Notes under the pieces: model-generated
Told to the model about the DNA's origin: nothing
Seen by the model: the letters and a program-made list of their open reading frames with translations, nothing else
Databases searched by the model: none
Shown: in pieces, positions 14,201 to 27,893 of the stretch
Layout: each line of letters opens with the position of its first letter
How positions within the stretch are numbered: the stretch's first letter is position 1
Translations under genes and position numbers: made by a program
Assembly: GCF_009914755.1 (NCBI RefSeq)
Contig: NC_060933.1
DNA: 64,000 nucleotides
Reading direction: 5' to 3' (one strand)
From: the human T2T-CHM13v2.0 reference genome, Homo sapiens

Positions 14201-15419
14201 TTCCATTCAATTCCATTACATTCGGATTGATTCTATTCAACTCCCTTACTCTCCATTCCATTCCATTCCATTCAGGTTGTTCCATTCCATTCCATTCCAT
14301 TCCACTCCATTCCATTGCACTCGGATTGATTCCATTCCATTCCATTCCATTCCATTCCATTCCATTCCATTCCATTCCATTACAATCGAGTTGATTCCAT
14401 TCCATTCCATTCCATTCCAGTCCTTTCCATTCCATTCCACTCGGGTTGATTCCATTCTATTAGTTTCCATTTCATTCCATTGCCTTCCATTCCACTCTGG
14501 TTGATTCCATTCCTTTCCATTCCACTCGAATAAATTCCCTCCTATTCCACTCGGAACGATTCCATTCCATTCCATTCCATTCCATTCCATTCCATTCCAT
14601 TCCATTTCGTTCCATTCCATTCTATTCCGTATCATTCCATTCCATTCCATTCCATTCCATTCCATTCCATTCCATTCCATTCCGTTCCATTGTACTCGGG
14701 TTGATTCCATTCCATTGCATTCCATTCCATTCCATTCCATTCCATTCCATTCCATTCCATTCCATTCCGTTCCATTCCATTACATTCGGATTGATTCTTT
14801 TCAACTCCCTTACTCTCCATTACATTCCATTCCATTCGGATTGTTCCATTCAATTCCATTCCATTCCACTCCATTCCATGGCACTCGGGTTGATTCCATT
14901 CCATTCCATTGCATTCCATTCCGGATGATTCCATTCCATTGCATTCCGTTCCATTACATTCCCCTGCACTCGGGTTGATTAAATTCCATTCCATTCCATT
15001 CCATTCCATTCCATTCCATTCCCCTGCACTCGCGTTGATTCCATTCCATTCCATTCCATTCCATTCAATTCCATTCCTTTCCATTCCAGTCCTTTCCATT
15101 CCATTACACTCGGGTTGATTCCATTCTATTAGTTTCCATTCCATTCCATTCCCTTCCATTCCACTCTGGTTGATTCCATTCCTTTCCAATCCACTCGAAT
15201 ACATTCCCTCCTATTCTACTCGGAACGATTCCATTCCATTCCATTCCATTCCATTCCATTCCATTCCATTCCATTCCATTTCGTTCCATTCCATTCTATT
15301 CCATATCATTCCATTCCATTCCATTCCATTCCATTCCACTCGTGTTGATTTCATTCCTTTCCATTCCATTCGGTTTGAAGGCATTCCATTCCATTCCATT
15401 CCATTCCATTCCAGTCCAT

Positions 15420-16440
15420 TCCATTCCATTGTACTCGGGTTGATTCCATTCCATTGCATTCCATTCCATTCCATTCCATTCCATTCCATTCCATTCCGTT
15501 GCATTCCATTCCATTTCATTCGGATTGATTCTATTCAACTCCCTTACTCTCCATTACATTCCATTCCATTCGGGTTGTTCCATTCCATTCCATTCCATTC
15601 CACTCCATTCCATTGCACTCGGATTGATTCCATTCCATTCCATTCCATTCCATTCCATTCCATTCCGGATGATTCCATTCCATTGCATTCCGTTCCATTA
15701 CATTCCCCTGCACTCGGGTTGATTCCATTCCATTCCATTCCATTCCATTCCATTCGATTCCATTCCATTCCAATTCTTTCCATTCCATTCTATTCCGTAC
15801 CATTCCATTCCATTGCATACAATTCCATTCCATTCCATTCCAGTCCGTTCCGTTCCGTTCCGTTCCATTCCGTTCCATTCCATTCCATTCCATTCTATTC
15901 GGTTTAATTCCATTCCATTCCATTCCATTCCATTCCATTCTATTCCATTCCATTGCAATCGATTTGAATCCATTGGATTCCATTCCATTCCATTCCATTC
16001 CATTCCGGAAGATTCCATTCCATTGCATTCCATTCCATTCCATTCCATTCCATTCCATTCCATTCCATTCCATTCCATTGTACTCGGGTTTATTCCATTC
16101 CATTGCATTCCATTCCATTCCATTCCATTCCATTCCATTCCGTTCCATTCCATTCCATTACATTCGGATTGATTCTTTTCAACTCCCTTACTCTCCGTTA
16201 AATTCCATTCTATTCGGGTTGTTCCATTCCATTCCATTCCATTCCACTCCATTCCATTGCACTCGGGTTGATTCCATTCCATTCCATTCCATTCCATTCC
16301 GGATGATTCCATTCCATTGCATTCCGTTCCATTACATTCCCCTGCACTCGGGTTGATTCCATTCCATTCCATTCCATTCCATTCGATTCCATTCCATTCC
16401 CCTGCACTCGCGTTGATTCCATTCCATTCCATTCTATTCC
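15420..16440 (+). repeat. Dispersed ~1 kb diverged paralog of ~18550-19550
   Basis: Shared CAATTCTTTCC, ATACAATTCC, TTCGGTTTAATTC and GATTCTTTTCAACTCCC in the same order. ORF offsets 15964/19069 and 16317/19417 (~3.1 kb). Confidence 0.72.
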
Positions 16441-19400
16441 ATTCCGTTCCGTTCCGTTCCATTCCATTCCATTCCATTCCATTCCATTCCATTCCGTTCC
16501 GTTCCATTCCATTCCATTCCATTCTATTCGGGTTAATTCCATTCCATTCCATTCGATTGCAATCGAGTTGATTCCATTCCATTCCATTCCATTCCATTCC
16601 ATTCCATTCCATTCCATTCCATTCCATTCCTTTCCATTCCATTACGGTTGATTCCATTCCATTGCATTCCATTCCATTCCATTCCCCTGTACTCGGGTTG
16701 ATTCCATTCCATTCCATTCCAATCCATGCCATTCCACTCGTGTTGATTCCATTCTTTCCATTCCATTCAAGTTGAATCCATTCCATTGCATTCCATTCCA
16801 TTCGATTCCATTTGATTGCACTCGGGTTGATTCCATTCCATTGCATTCCATTCCATTCCATTCCATTCCATTCCATTCCGTTCCATTCCATTCCATTACA
16901 TTCGGATTGATTCTATTCAATTCCCTTACACTCCATTACATTCCATTCGGGTAGTTTCCATTGCATTCCATTCCATTCCTCTCTATTCCATTGCACTCGG
17001 GTTGATTCCATTCCATTGCAGTCCATTCCATTCCATTCAATTCCATTCCTTTCCATTCCATTCCATTACATTCGGATTGATTCTATTCAACTCCCTTACC
17101 CTCCATTACATTCCATTCCATTCGGGTTGTTCCATTCCATTCCATTCCATTCCACTCCATTCCATTGCACTCGGGTTGATTCCATTCCATTGCATTCCAT
17201 TCCATTCCATTCCCATGCACTCGGGTTTATTCCATTCCATTCCATTCCATTCCATTCCATTCCATTCCATTCCGGAAGATTCCATTCCATTGCATTCCAT
17301 TCCATTCCATTCCCCTGCACTCGCGTTGATTCCATTCCATTCCATTCCATTCGATTCCATTCCATTCCTTTCCGTTCCATTCCATTCCATTCCATTCCAT
17401 TCCAATCCATTCCATTCCGTTCCGTTCCGTTCCATTCCATTCCATTCCATTCTGTTCGGGTTAATTCCATTCCATTCCGTTCGATTGCAATCGAGTTGAT
17501 TCCATTCCATTCCATTCCACTCCATTCCATTCCTTTCCATTCCATTACGGATGATTCCATTCCATTGCATTCCATTCCATTCCATCCTCCTGTACTCGGG
17601 TTGATTCCATTTCATTCCATTCCAATCCATGCCATTCCACTCGTGTTGATTCCATTCTTTCCATGTCATTCAAGTTGAATCCATTCCTTTGCATTCCATT
17701 CCATTCCATTCCACTGCAGTCGGGTTGTTTCCATTGCATTCCATTCCATTCCCCTGCTGTCGGGTTGTTTCCATTCCATTCCATTCCATTCCGTTCCGTT
17801 CCATTCCATTCCATTCCATTCTATTCGGGTTAATTCCATTCCATTCCATTCCATTCCATTCCATTCCATTCCATTCCATTCCAATCGAGTTGATTCCATT
17901 CCATTCCATTCCATTCCATTCCACTCCATTCCAGTCCTTTCCATTCCATTCCACTCGGGTTGATTCCAATGTATTCCTTTCCATTCCATTCCATTCCATT
18001 GCAATCGAGTTGATTCCATTGCTTTGCATTCCATTCCATTCCATTCCATTCCGGATGATTCCATTCCATTTCATTCCATTCCTTTCCATTCCATTCCGTT
18101 GCATTCCATTTCATTACATTCAGATTGATTCTATTCAATTCCCTAACACTCCGTTATATTCCAATCCATACTGGTTGTTTCCATTCCATTCCATTCCATT
18201 TCACTCCATTCCATTGCACTCGGGTTGATTCCATTCCATTCCATTCCATTGCATTCCATTCCATTCCATTCCGGATGATTCCATTCCATTGCATTCCTTT
18301 CCATTCCATTCCCCTGCACTCGGGTTGATTCCATTCCATTCCATTCCATTACATTCCGTTCAATTCCATTCCATTCCATTCGGATTGATTCTATTCAATT
18401 CCCTTACACTCCATTACATTCCATTCCATTCGGGTAGGTTCCATTCCATTCCATTCCATTCCTCTCCATTCTATTGCACTTGGGTTGATTCCATTCCATT
18501 CCATTCCATTCCATTCCATTCCATGCCATTCCATTCCATTCCATTCCGTTCCATTGTACTCGGGTTGATTCCATTCCATTGCATTCCATTCCATTCCATT
18601 CCATTCCATTCCATTCCATTCCTTTCCGTTCCATTCCATTACATTCGGATTGATTCTATTCAACTCCCTAACTCTCAATTACATTCCATTCCATTCGGGT
18701 TGTTCCATTCCATTCCATTCCATTCCACTCCATTCCATTGCACTCGGGTTGATTCCATTCCATTCCATTCCATTCAATTCCATTCCATTCCATTCCGGAT
18801 GATTCCATTCCATTGCATTCCGTTCCATTACATTCCCCTGCACTCGGGTTGATTCCATTACATTCCACTCCATTCCATTCGATTCCATTCCATTCCAATT
18901 CTTTCCATTCCATTCTATTCCGTAACATTCCATTCCATTCCATACAATTCCATTCCATTCCATTCCACTCCGTTCCGTTCCGTTCCGTTCCGTTCCAATC
19001 CATTCCATTCCATTCTATTCGGTTTAATTCCATTCCATTCCATTCTATTCCATTCCATTGCAATCGAGTTGAGTCCATTGCATTCCATTCCATTCCATTC
19101 CATTCCATTCCATTCCAGAAGATTCCATTCCATTGCATTCCATTCCATTCTATTCCATTCGATTCCATTCCATTCCATTGTACTCGGGTTGATTCCATTG
19201 CATTGCATTCCATTCCATTCCATTCCATTCCATTCCATTCCGTTGCATTCCATTCCATTACATTCGGATTGATTCTTTTCAACTCCCTTACTCTCCATTA
19301 CATTCCATTGCATTCGGGTTGTTCCATTCCATTCCTTTCCATTCCACTCCATTCCATTGCACTCGGGTTGATTCCATTCCATTCCATTCCATTCAATTCC

Positions 19401-22400
19401 GGAAGATTCCATTCCATTGCATTCCGTTCCATTACATTCCCCTGCACTCGGGTTGATTCCATTCCGTTCCATTCCATTCCATTCCATTCCATTCCCCTGC
19501 ACTCGCGATGATTCCATTCCATTCCATTCCATTCCATTCCATTCCATTCGTTTCCTTTCCAGTCCTTTCCATTCCATTCCACTCGGGTTGATTCCATTCT
19601 ATTAGTTTCCATTCCATTCCATTACCTTCCAATCCACTCTGGTTGATTCCATTCCTTTCCATTCCACTCGAATACATTCCCTCCTATTCCACTCGGAACG
19701 ATTCCATTCCATTCCATTCCATTCCATTCCATTCCATTCCATTCCATTCCATTCCATTCCATTTCGTTGCATTCCATTCTATTCCGTATCATCATTCCAT
19801 TCCATTCCATTCCATTCCATTCCATTCCATTCCACTCGTGTTGATTCCATTCCTTTCCATTCCATTCGGTTTGAAGGCATTCCATTCCATTCCATTGCAT
19901 TCCATTCCATTCCATTCCATTCCATTCCATTCCATTCCATTCCTTTCCATTCCATAACGGATGATTCCATTCCATTGCATTCCATTCCATTCCATTCCCC
20001 TGTACTCGGGTTGATTCCATTCCATTCCATTCCAATCCATGCCATTCCACTCGTGTTGATTCCATTCTTTCCATTCCATTCAAGTTGAATCTATTCCATT
20101 GCCTTCCATTCCATTCCATTCCCCTGCAGTCGGGTTGATTCCATTCCATTCCATTCCATTCCATTCCATTCCATTCCATTCCATTCCGTTCCTTTCCATT
20201 CCATTCCATTCCATTCTATTCGGGTTAATTCCATTCCATTCCATTCCATTGCATTCCAATCGAGTTGATTCCATTCCATTCCATTCCATTCCATTCCACT
20301 CCATTCCAGTCCTTTCCATTCCATTCCACTCGGGTTGATTCCAATGTATTCCTTTCCATTCCATTCCATTCCATTGCAATCGAGTTGATTACATTGCTTT
20401 GCATTCCATTCCATTCCATTCCATTCCGGATGATTCCATTCCATTGCATTACATTCCATTCCATTCCCCTGCACTCGGGTTGATTCCATTCCATTCCATT
20501 CCATTCCATTCCATTCCATTCCATTCCATTCCATTCCATTTCGTTCCATTCCATTCTATTCCGTATCATTCCATTCCATTCCATTCCATTCCATTCCATT
20601 CCATTCCATTCCATTCCATTGTACTCGGGTTGATTCAATTCCATTGCATTCCATTCCATTCCATTCCATTGCATTCCGTTGCATTCCATTCCATTACTTT
20701 CGGATTGATTCTATTCAACTCCCTTACTCTCCATTACATTCCATTCCATTCTGGTTGTTCCATTCCATTCCATTCCATTCCACTCCATTGCATTGCACTC
20801 GGGTTGATTCCATTCCATTCCATTCCATTCCATTCCATTCCGGATGATTCCATTCCATTGCATTCCTTTGCATTACATTCCCCTGCACTCGCGTTGATTC
20901 CATTGCATTCCATTCCATTCCATTCAATTCCATTCCATTTCAATTCGTTCCATTCCATTCTATTCCGTACCATTCCATTCCATTCCATACAATTCCATTC
21001 CATTCCATTCCATTCCATTCCGTTCCATTCCGTTCCATTGCATTCCATTCCATTCTATTCGGATTAATTCCATTCCATTCCATTCCATTCCATTCTATTC
21101 CATTCCATTGCAATCGAGTTGACTCCATTGCATTTCATTCCATTCCATTCCATTCCATTCCATTCCGGAAGATTCCATTCCATTGCATTCCATTCCATTC
21201 CATTCCCCTGCACTCGCGTTGATTCCATTCCATTCCATTCCATTCCGTTGCGTTCCATTCCATTCCATTCCATTCCATTCCATTCCATTCCGTTCCGTTC
21301 CATTCCATTCCATTCCATTCTATTCGGGTTAATTCCATTCCATTCCATTCGATTGCAATCGATTTGATTCCATTCCATTCCATTCCACTCCATTCCATTC
21401 CATTCCATTCCATTCCCCTGTACTCGGGTTGATTCCATTCCATTCCATTCCAATCCATGCCATTCCACTCGTGTTGTTTCCATTCTTTCCATTCCATTCA
21501 AGTTGAATCCATTCCATTGCATTCCATTCCATTCGATTCCATTCCATTGCACTCGGGTTTATTCCATTCCATTCCATTCCATTCCATTCCATTCCATTCC
21601 ATTCCATTCCCGAAAATTCCATTCCATTGCATTCCATTCCATTCCATTCCCCTGCACTCGCGTTGATTCCATTCCATTCCATTCCATTCCATTCCATTCC
21701 ATTCCATTCCTTTCCGTTCCATTCCATTCCATTCCATTCCATTCCATTCCATTCCGGAAAATTCCATTCCATTGCATTCCATTCCATTCCATTCCCCTGC
21801 ACTCCCGTTGATTCCATTCCATTCCATTCCATTCCATTCCATTCCATTCCATTCCACTCGTGTTGATTCCATTCCTTTCCATTCTATTCGGTTTGAAGGC
21901 ACTCCATTCCATTCCATTCCATTCCATTCCATTCCATTCCATTCCATTCCATTCCATTGTACTCGGGTTGATTCCATTCCATTGCATTCCATTCCATTCC
22001 ATTCCATTCCATTCCCTTGCATTCCATTCCATTACATTCGGATTGATTCTATTCAAATCCCTTACTCTCCATTACATTCCATTCCATACGGGTTGTTCCA
22101 TTCCATTCCATTCCATTCCACTCCATTCCATTGCACTAGGGTTGATTCCATTCCATTCCATTCCATTCCATTCCGGATGATTCCATTCCATTGCATTCCG
22201 TTCCATTACATTCCCCTGCACTCGCGTTCATTCCATTCCATTCCATTCCATTCAATTCCATTCCATTACAATTCGCTGGATTCCATTCTATTCCGTACCA
22301 TTCTATTCCATTCCATACCATTCCATTCCATTCCATTCCATTCCATTCCATTCCATTCCATTGCATTCCATTCCATTCCATTCCATTCCATTCCGTTCCG

Positions 22401-25400
22401 TTCCATTCCATTCCATTCCATTCTATTCGGGTTAATTCCATTCCATTCCATTCGATTGCAATCGAGTTGATTCCATTCCATTCCATTCCATTCCATTCCA
22501 TTCCATTCCGTTCCGTTCCATTCCATTCCATTCCATTCTATTCGGGTTAATTCCATTCCATTCCATTCGATTGCAATCGAGTTGATTCCATTCCATTCCA
22601 TTCCATTCCATTCCATTCCTTTCCATTCCATTACGGATGATTCCATTCCATTGCATTCCATTCCATTCCATTCCCCTGTACTCGGGTTGATTCCATTCCA
22701 TTCCATTCCAATCCATGCCATTCCACTCGTGTTGATTCCATTCTTTCCATTCCATTCAAGTTGAATCCATTCCATTGCATTCCATTCAATTTGATTCCAT
22801 TCGATTGCACTCGGGTTGATTCCATTCCATTGCATTCCATTCCATTCAATTCCATTCCATTCCATTTCATTCCATTCCATTCCATTACATTCCATTCCAT
22901 TGCATTCGGATTGATTCTATTAAATTCCCTTACACTGCATTACATTCCATTGCATTCGGGTAGTTTCCATTCCATTCCATTCCATTCCTCTCCATTCCAT
23001 TGCACTCGGGTTGATTCCATTCCATTGCATTCCATTCCATTCCATTCCATTCCATTGCAATCGAGTTGATTCCATTCCATTCCATTCCATTCCGGATGAT
23101 TCCATTCCATTGCCTTCAATTCCATTCCATTCTCCTGCACTCGGGTTGATTCCATTCCATTCCATTCCATTCCATTCCATTCCATTTCATTCCGTTCCAT
23201 TTCGTTCCATTTCATTCTATTCCGTAGCATTCCATTCCATTCCATTCCATTCCATTCCATTCTATTCGGGTTAATTTCATTCCATTCCATTCCATTCCAT
23301 TCCATTCCATTCCATTCCATTCCATTCCATTCCATTCCATTCCATTGCAATCGAGTTGATTCCATTCCATTCCATTCAATTCCGGATGATTCCATTCCAT
23401 TGCCTTCAATTCCATTCCATTCCCCTGCACTCGGGTTGATTCCATTCCATTCCATTCCATTTCATTCCATTCCATTTCGTTCCATTCCATTATATTCCGT
23501 ACCATTCCATTCCATTCCATTCCATTGCATACCATTCCATTCCGTTCCATTCCATTCCATTCCATTCCATTCCATTTCATTCCATTCCATTTCGTTCCAT
23601 TCCATTTTATTCTGTACCATTCCATTCCATTCCATTCTATTCCATTCCATTCCATTGCATTCCATTCCATTCCATTCCATGCCATTCCACTCGGGTTGAT
23701 TCCTTTCCCTTCCATTCCATTCGAGTTGAATCCATTCCATTCCATTCCATTCCATTCCATTCCATTCCATTCCATTCCATTGCACACGGGTTCATTCCAT
23801 TCCATTCCATTCCATTCCATTCCATTCCATTCTATTCCATTCCATTTCGTTCCATTCCATTCTATTCTGTACCATTCCATTCCATTCAATTCCACTCCAT
23901 TCCATGCCATTCCACTCGGGTTTATTCCATTTCTTTTCATTCCATTCGGGTTGAATCCATTCCATTCCATTCCATTCCATTCCTTTCGATTCCATTACAT
24001 TGCACTCGGGATGATTCCATTCCATTCCATTCCATCCTATTCCATTCCATTCCATGACACTCCACTCGGGTTGATTCCATTCCTTTCCATTCCATTCGAG
24101 TTGAACCCATTCCATTCCATTCCACTCCATTCCATTCCATTCCATTCCACTCCATTCCATTCCATTCCATTCCATTCCATTCCATTCCATTCCATTCCAT
24201 TCCATTGCACACGATTTCATTCCACTCCATTCCATTCCATTCCATTCCATTTCGCTCCATTCCATTCTATTCCGTACCATTCCATTCCATTCCATTCCAT
24301 TCCATTCCATTCCATTCCATGCCATTCTACTCGGGTTGATTCCATTCCTTTCCATTCCATTCGAGTTGAACCCATTCCATTCCATTCCATTCCATTCCAT
24401 TCCATTCCATTCCATTCCATTGCACACGGGTTCATTTCATTCCATTCCATTCCATTCCATTCCATTCCATTCCATTTCGTTCCATTCCATTCTATTCCAT
24501 ACCATTCCATTCCATTCCATTCCATTAGACTCCATTCCATGCCATTCCACTCGGGTTTATTCCATTCCTTTCCATTCCATTCGGGTTGAATCCATTCCAT
24601 TCCATTCCATTCCATTCCATTCCATTCTATTACATTGCACTCGTGTTGTTTCCATTCCATTACATTCCATTCCATTCCATTCCATTCCATTCCATTCCAT
24701 GCCATTCCACTCGGGTTGATTCCATTCCATTCCATTCTATTCGAGTCGAACCCATTCCATTCCATTCCATTCCATTCCATTCCATTCCATTCCATTCCAT
24801 TGCACACGGTTTCATTCCATTCCATTCCATTCCATTCTATTCCATTTCGTTCCATTCCATTCTATTCCGTACCATTCCATTCCATTCCATTCCATTCCAC
24901 TCCATTTCATTCCATTCCATGCCATTCCACTCGGGTTTATTACATTCCTTTCCATTCCATTCGGGTTGAATCCATTCCTTTCCATTCCATTCCGTTCAAT
25001 TCCATTCCATTGCACTCGGGTTGATTCCATTCCATTCCATGCCATTCCATTTCATTCCGTTCCATTCCATTCCATTACATTCGGATTGATTCTTTTCAAT
25101 TCCCTTACACTCCATTACATTCCATTCCATTCGGGTAGTTTCATTCCATTCGATTCCATTACACTCCATTGCATTGCACTCGGGTTGATTGATTCCATTC
25201 CATTGCATTCCATTCCATTCAATTCCATTCCGGATGATTCCATTCCATTGCATTCCATTCCATTCCATTCCCCTGCACTCTGGTTGATTCCATTCCATTC
25301 CATTCCATTCCATTCCGTTCCGTTCCATTCCATTCCATTCCATTCCATTCCATTCCATTCCATTCTGTTCAGGTTAATTCCATTCCATTCCATTCCCTTC

Positions 25401-27893
25401 CATTCCATTCCATTTCATTCCATTCCATTCCATTCCATTGCAATCTAGTTGATTCCATTGCTTTCCATTCCATTCCATTCCATTGCATTCCATTGCATTC
25501 CATTCCCCTGCACTCAGGTTGATTCCATTCCATTCTATTCGGGTTAATTCCATTCCATTCCATTCCCTTACATTCCATAGCAATCGAGTTGATTCCATTC
25601 CATTCCATTCCATTCCATTCCATTCCATTCCATTCAAGTCCTTTCCATTCCATTCCACTCGTTTTGATTCCATTTTATTAGTTTCCATTCCATTCCATTC
25701 CCTTCCATTCCACTCTGGTTGATTCCATTCCTTTCCATTCCACTCGAATTCATTCCCTTCTATTCCACTCGGAATGATTGCATTCCATTCCATTCCATTC
25801 CATTCCATTCCATTCCATTTCGTTCCATTGCATTCTATTCCGTACCATTCCATTCCATTCCATTCCATGCCATTCCACTCGGGTTGATTCCATGGCTTTC
25901 CATTCCATTTGGGTTGAATCCATTCCATTCCATTCCATTCCATTCCATTCCATTCCATTCTATTCCATTGCACTAGGTTTGATTCCATTCCACTGCATTC
26001 CATTCCATTCCATTCCATTCCATTCCGTTCCATTCCATTCCATTCCATTACATTCGGATTGATTGTATTCAATTCCCTTACACTCCATTTCATTCCATTC
26101 CATTCAGGTTGTTTCCATTCCATTCCAATCCATTCCACTCCATTCCATTGCACTCGGGTTGATTGCATTCCATTCCATTCCATTCTATTCCATTTCCTTC
26201 CATTCCATTCTATTCGGTACCATTCCATTCCATTCCATTCCAATCCATTCCATTCCATGCCATTCCACTTGGGTTGATTCCCTTCCTTTCCATTCCATTC
26301 GGGTTGAATCCATTCCATTCCATTCCATTCCATTCCTTTCCATTCCATTGCACACGGGTTGGTTCCATTCCGTTCCTCTCCGTTCCATTCCGGATGACTC
26401 CATTCCATTGCATTCCATTCCATTCCATTCCATTGCCCTGCACTCGGGTTCATTACCTTCCATTCCATTTACTTCCATTCCATTCCATTCCATTCTATTC
26501 GGGTTAATTCCATTCCATTCCATTCCATTCCATTCCATTCCATTCCATTCCATTCCATTGCAATCGAGTTGATTCCATTCCATTCCATTCAATTCCGGAT
26601 TATTCCATTCCATTGCCTTCAATTCCATTCCATTCCCCTGCACTCGGGTTGATTCCATTCCATTCCATTCCATTCCATTCCATTTCATTCCATTCCATTT
26701 CGTTCCTTTCCATTCTATTCCGTACCATTCCATTCCATTCCATTCCATTCCATTCCATTCCATGCCATTCCACTCGGGTTGATTCCATTCCTTTCCATTC
26801 CATTCGAGTTCAATCCATTCCAATCCATTCCATTCCATTCGATTCCATTCTATTGCACACGGGTTCATTCCATTCCATTCCATTCCATTCCATTCCATTC
26901 CATTTCCTTCCATTCCATTCTATTCCGTACCATTCCATTCCATTCCATTCCATTCCATTCCACTCCATTCCATGCCATTCCACTCGGGTTTATTCCATTC
27001 CTTTCCATTCCATTCTGGTTGAATCCATTCCATTCCATTCCATTCCATTCGATTCCATTACATTGCACTCGGGTTGATTCCATTCCATTCCATTCCTTTA
27101 CATTTCATTCCATTCCACTCCATTCCATGCCATTCCACGCGGGTTTATTCCATTCCTTTCCATTACATTCGTGTTGAATCCATTCCATTCCATTCCATTC
27201 CATTCGATTCCATTACACTGCACTCGGGTTGATTCCATTCCATTCCATTACATTACATTTCATTCCATTCCATTCCATTCCATTCCATTCCATTCCATTC
27301 CATTCCATTCCATGCTATTCCACTCGTGTTGATTCCATTCCTTTCCATTCCATTCGAGTTGAACCCATTCCATTCCATTCCATTCCATTCCATTCCATTC
27401 CATTGCACACGGGTTCATTCCATTCCATTCCATTCCATTCCGTTCCATTCCATTCCGTTCCATTCCATTCCATTCCATTCTGTTCAGGTTAATTCCATTC
27501 TATTCCTTTCCCTTCCATTCCATTCCATTCCATCCCATTGCAGTCGAGTTGATTCCATTGCATTCCATTCCATTACGTTCCATTGCATTCCATTCCATTC
27601 CATTCCCCTGCACTCAGTTTGATTCCATTCGATTCCATTCCATTCCATTCCATTCCGTTCCTTTCCATTCCATTCCATTCTATTCGCGTTAATTGCATTC
27701 CATTCCATTCCATTACATTCCATTGCAATCGAGTTGATTCCATTCCATTCCGTTCCATTCCATTCCATTCCATTCCATTTCGGTCCATTCCGTTCTATTC
27801 CGTTCCATTCCATTCCATTCCATTCCATTCCATTCCATTCCATTCCATGCCATTCCACTCGGGTTGATTCCATTGCTTTCCATTCCATTTGGA

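Larger units (their letters stand above)
1..23050 (+). repeat. HSat3 domain A (dialect with frequent register shifts and HSE-bearing cassettes)
   Basis: Marker words: TTCCGGAAGATTCC, GAATACATTCCCTCCTATTCCACTCGGAACG, GGTTTGAAGGC, CAATGTATTCC, CAACTCCCTTACTCTCC, TCGATTGCAATCGA. 34 pentamer register shifts counted in 22.8 kb. Confidence 0.8.
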
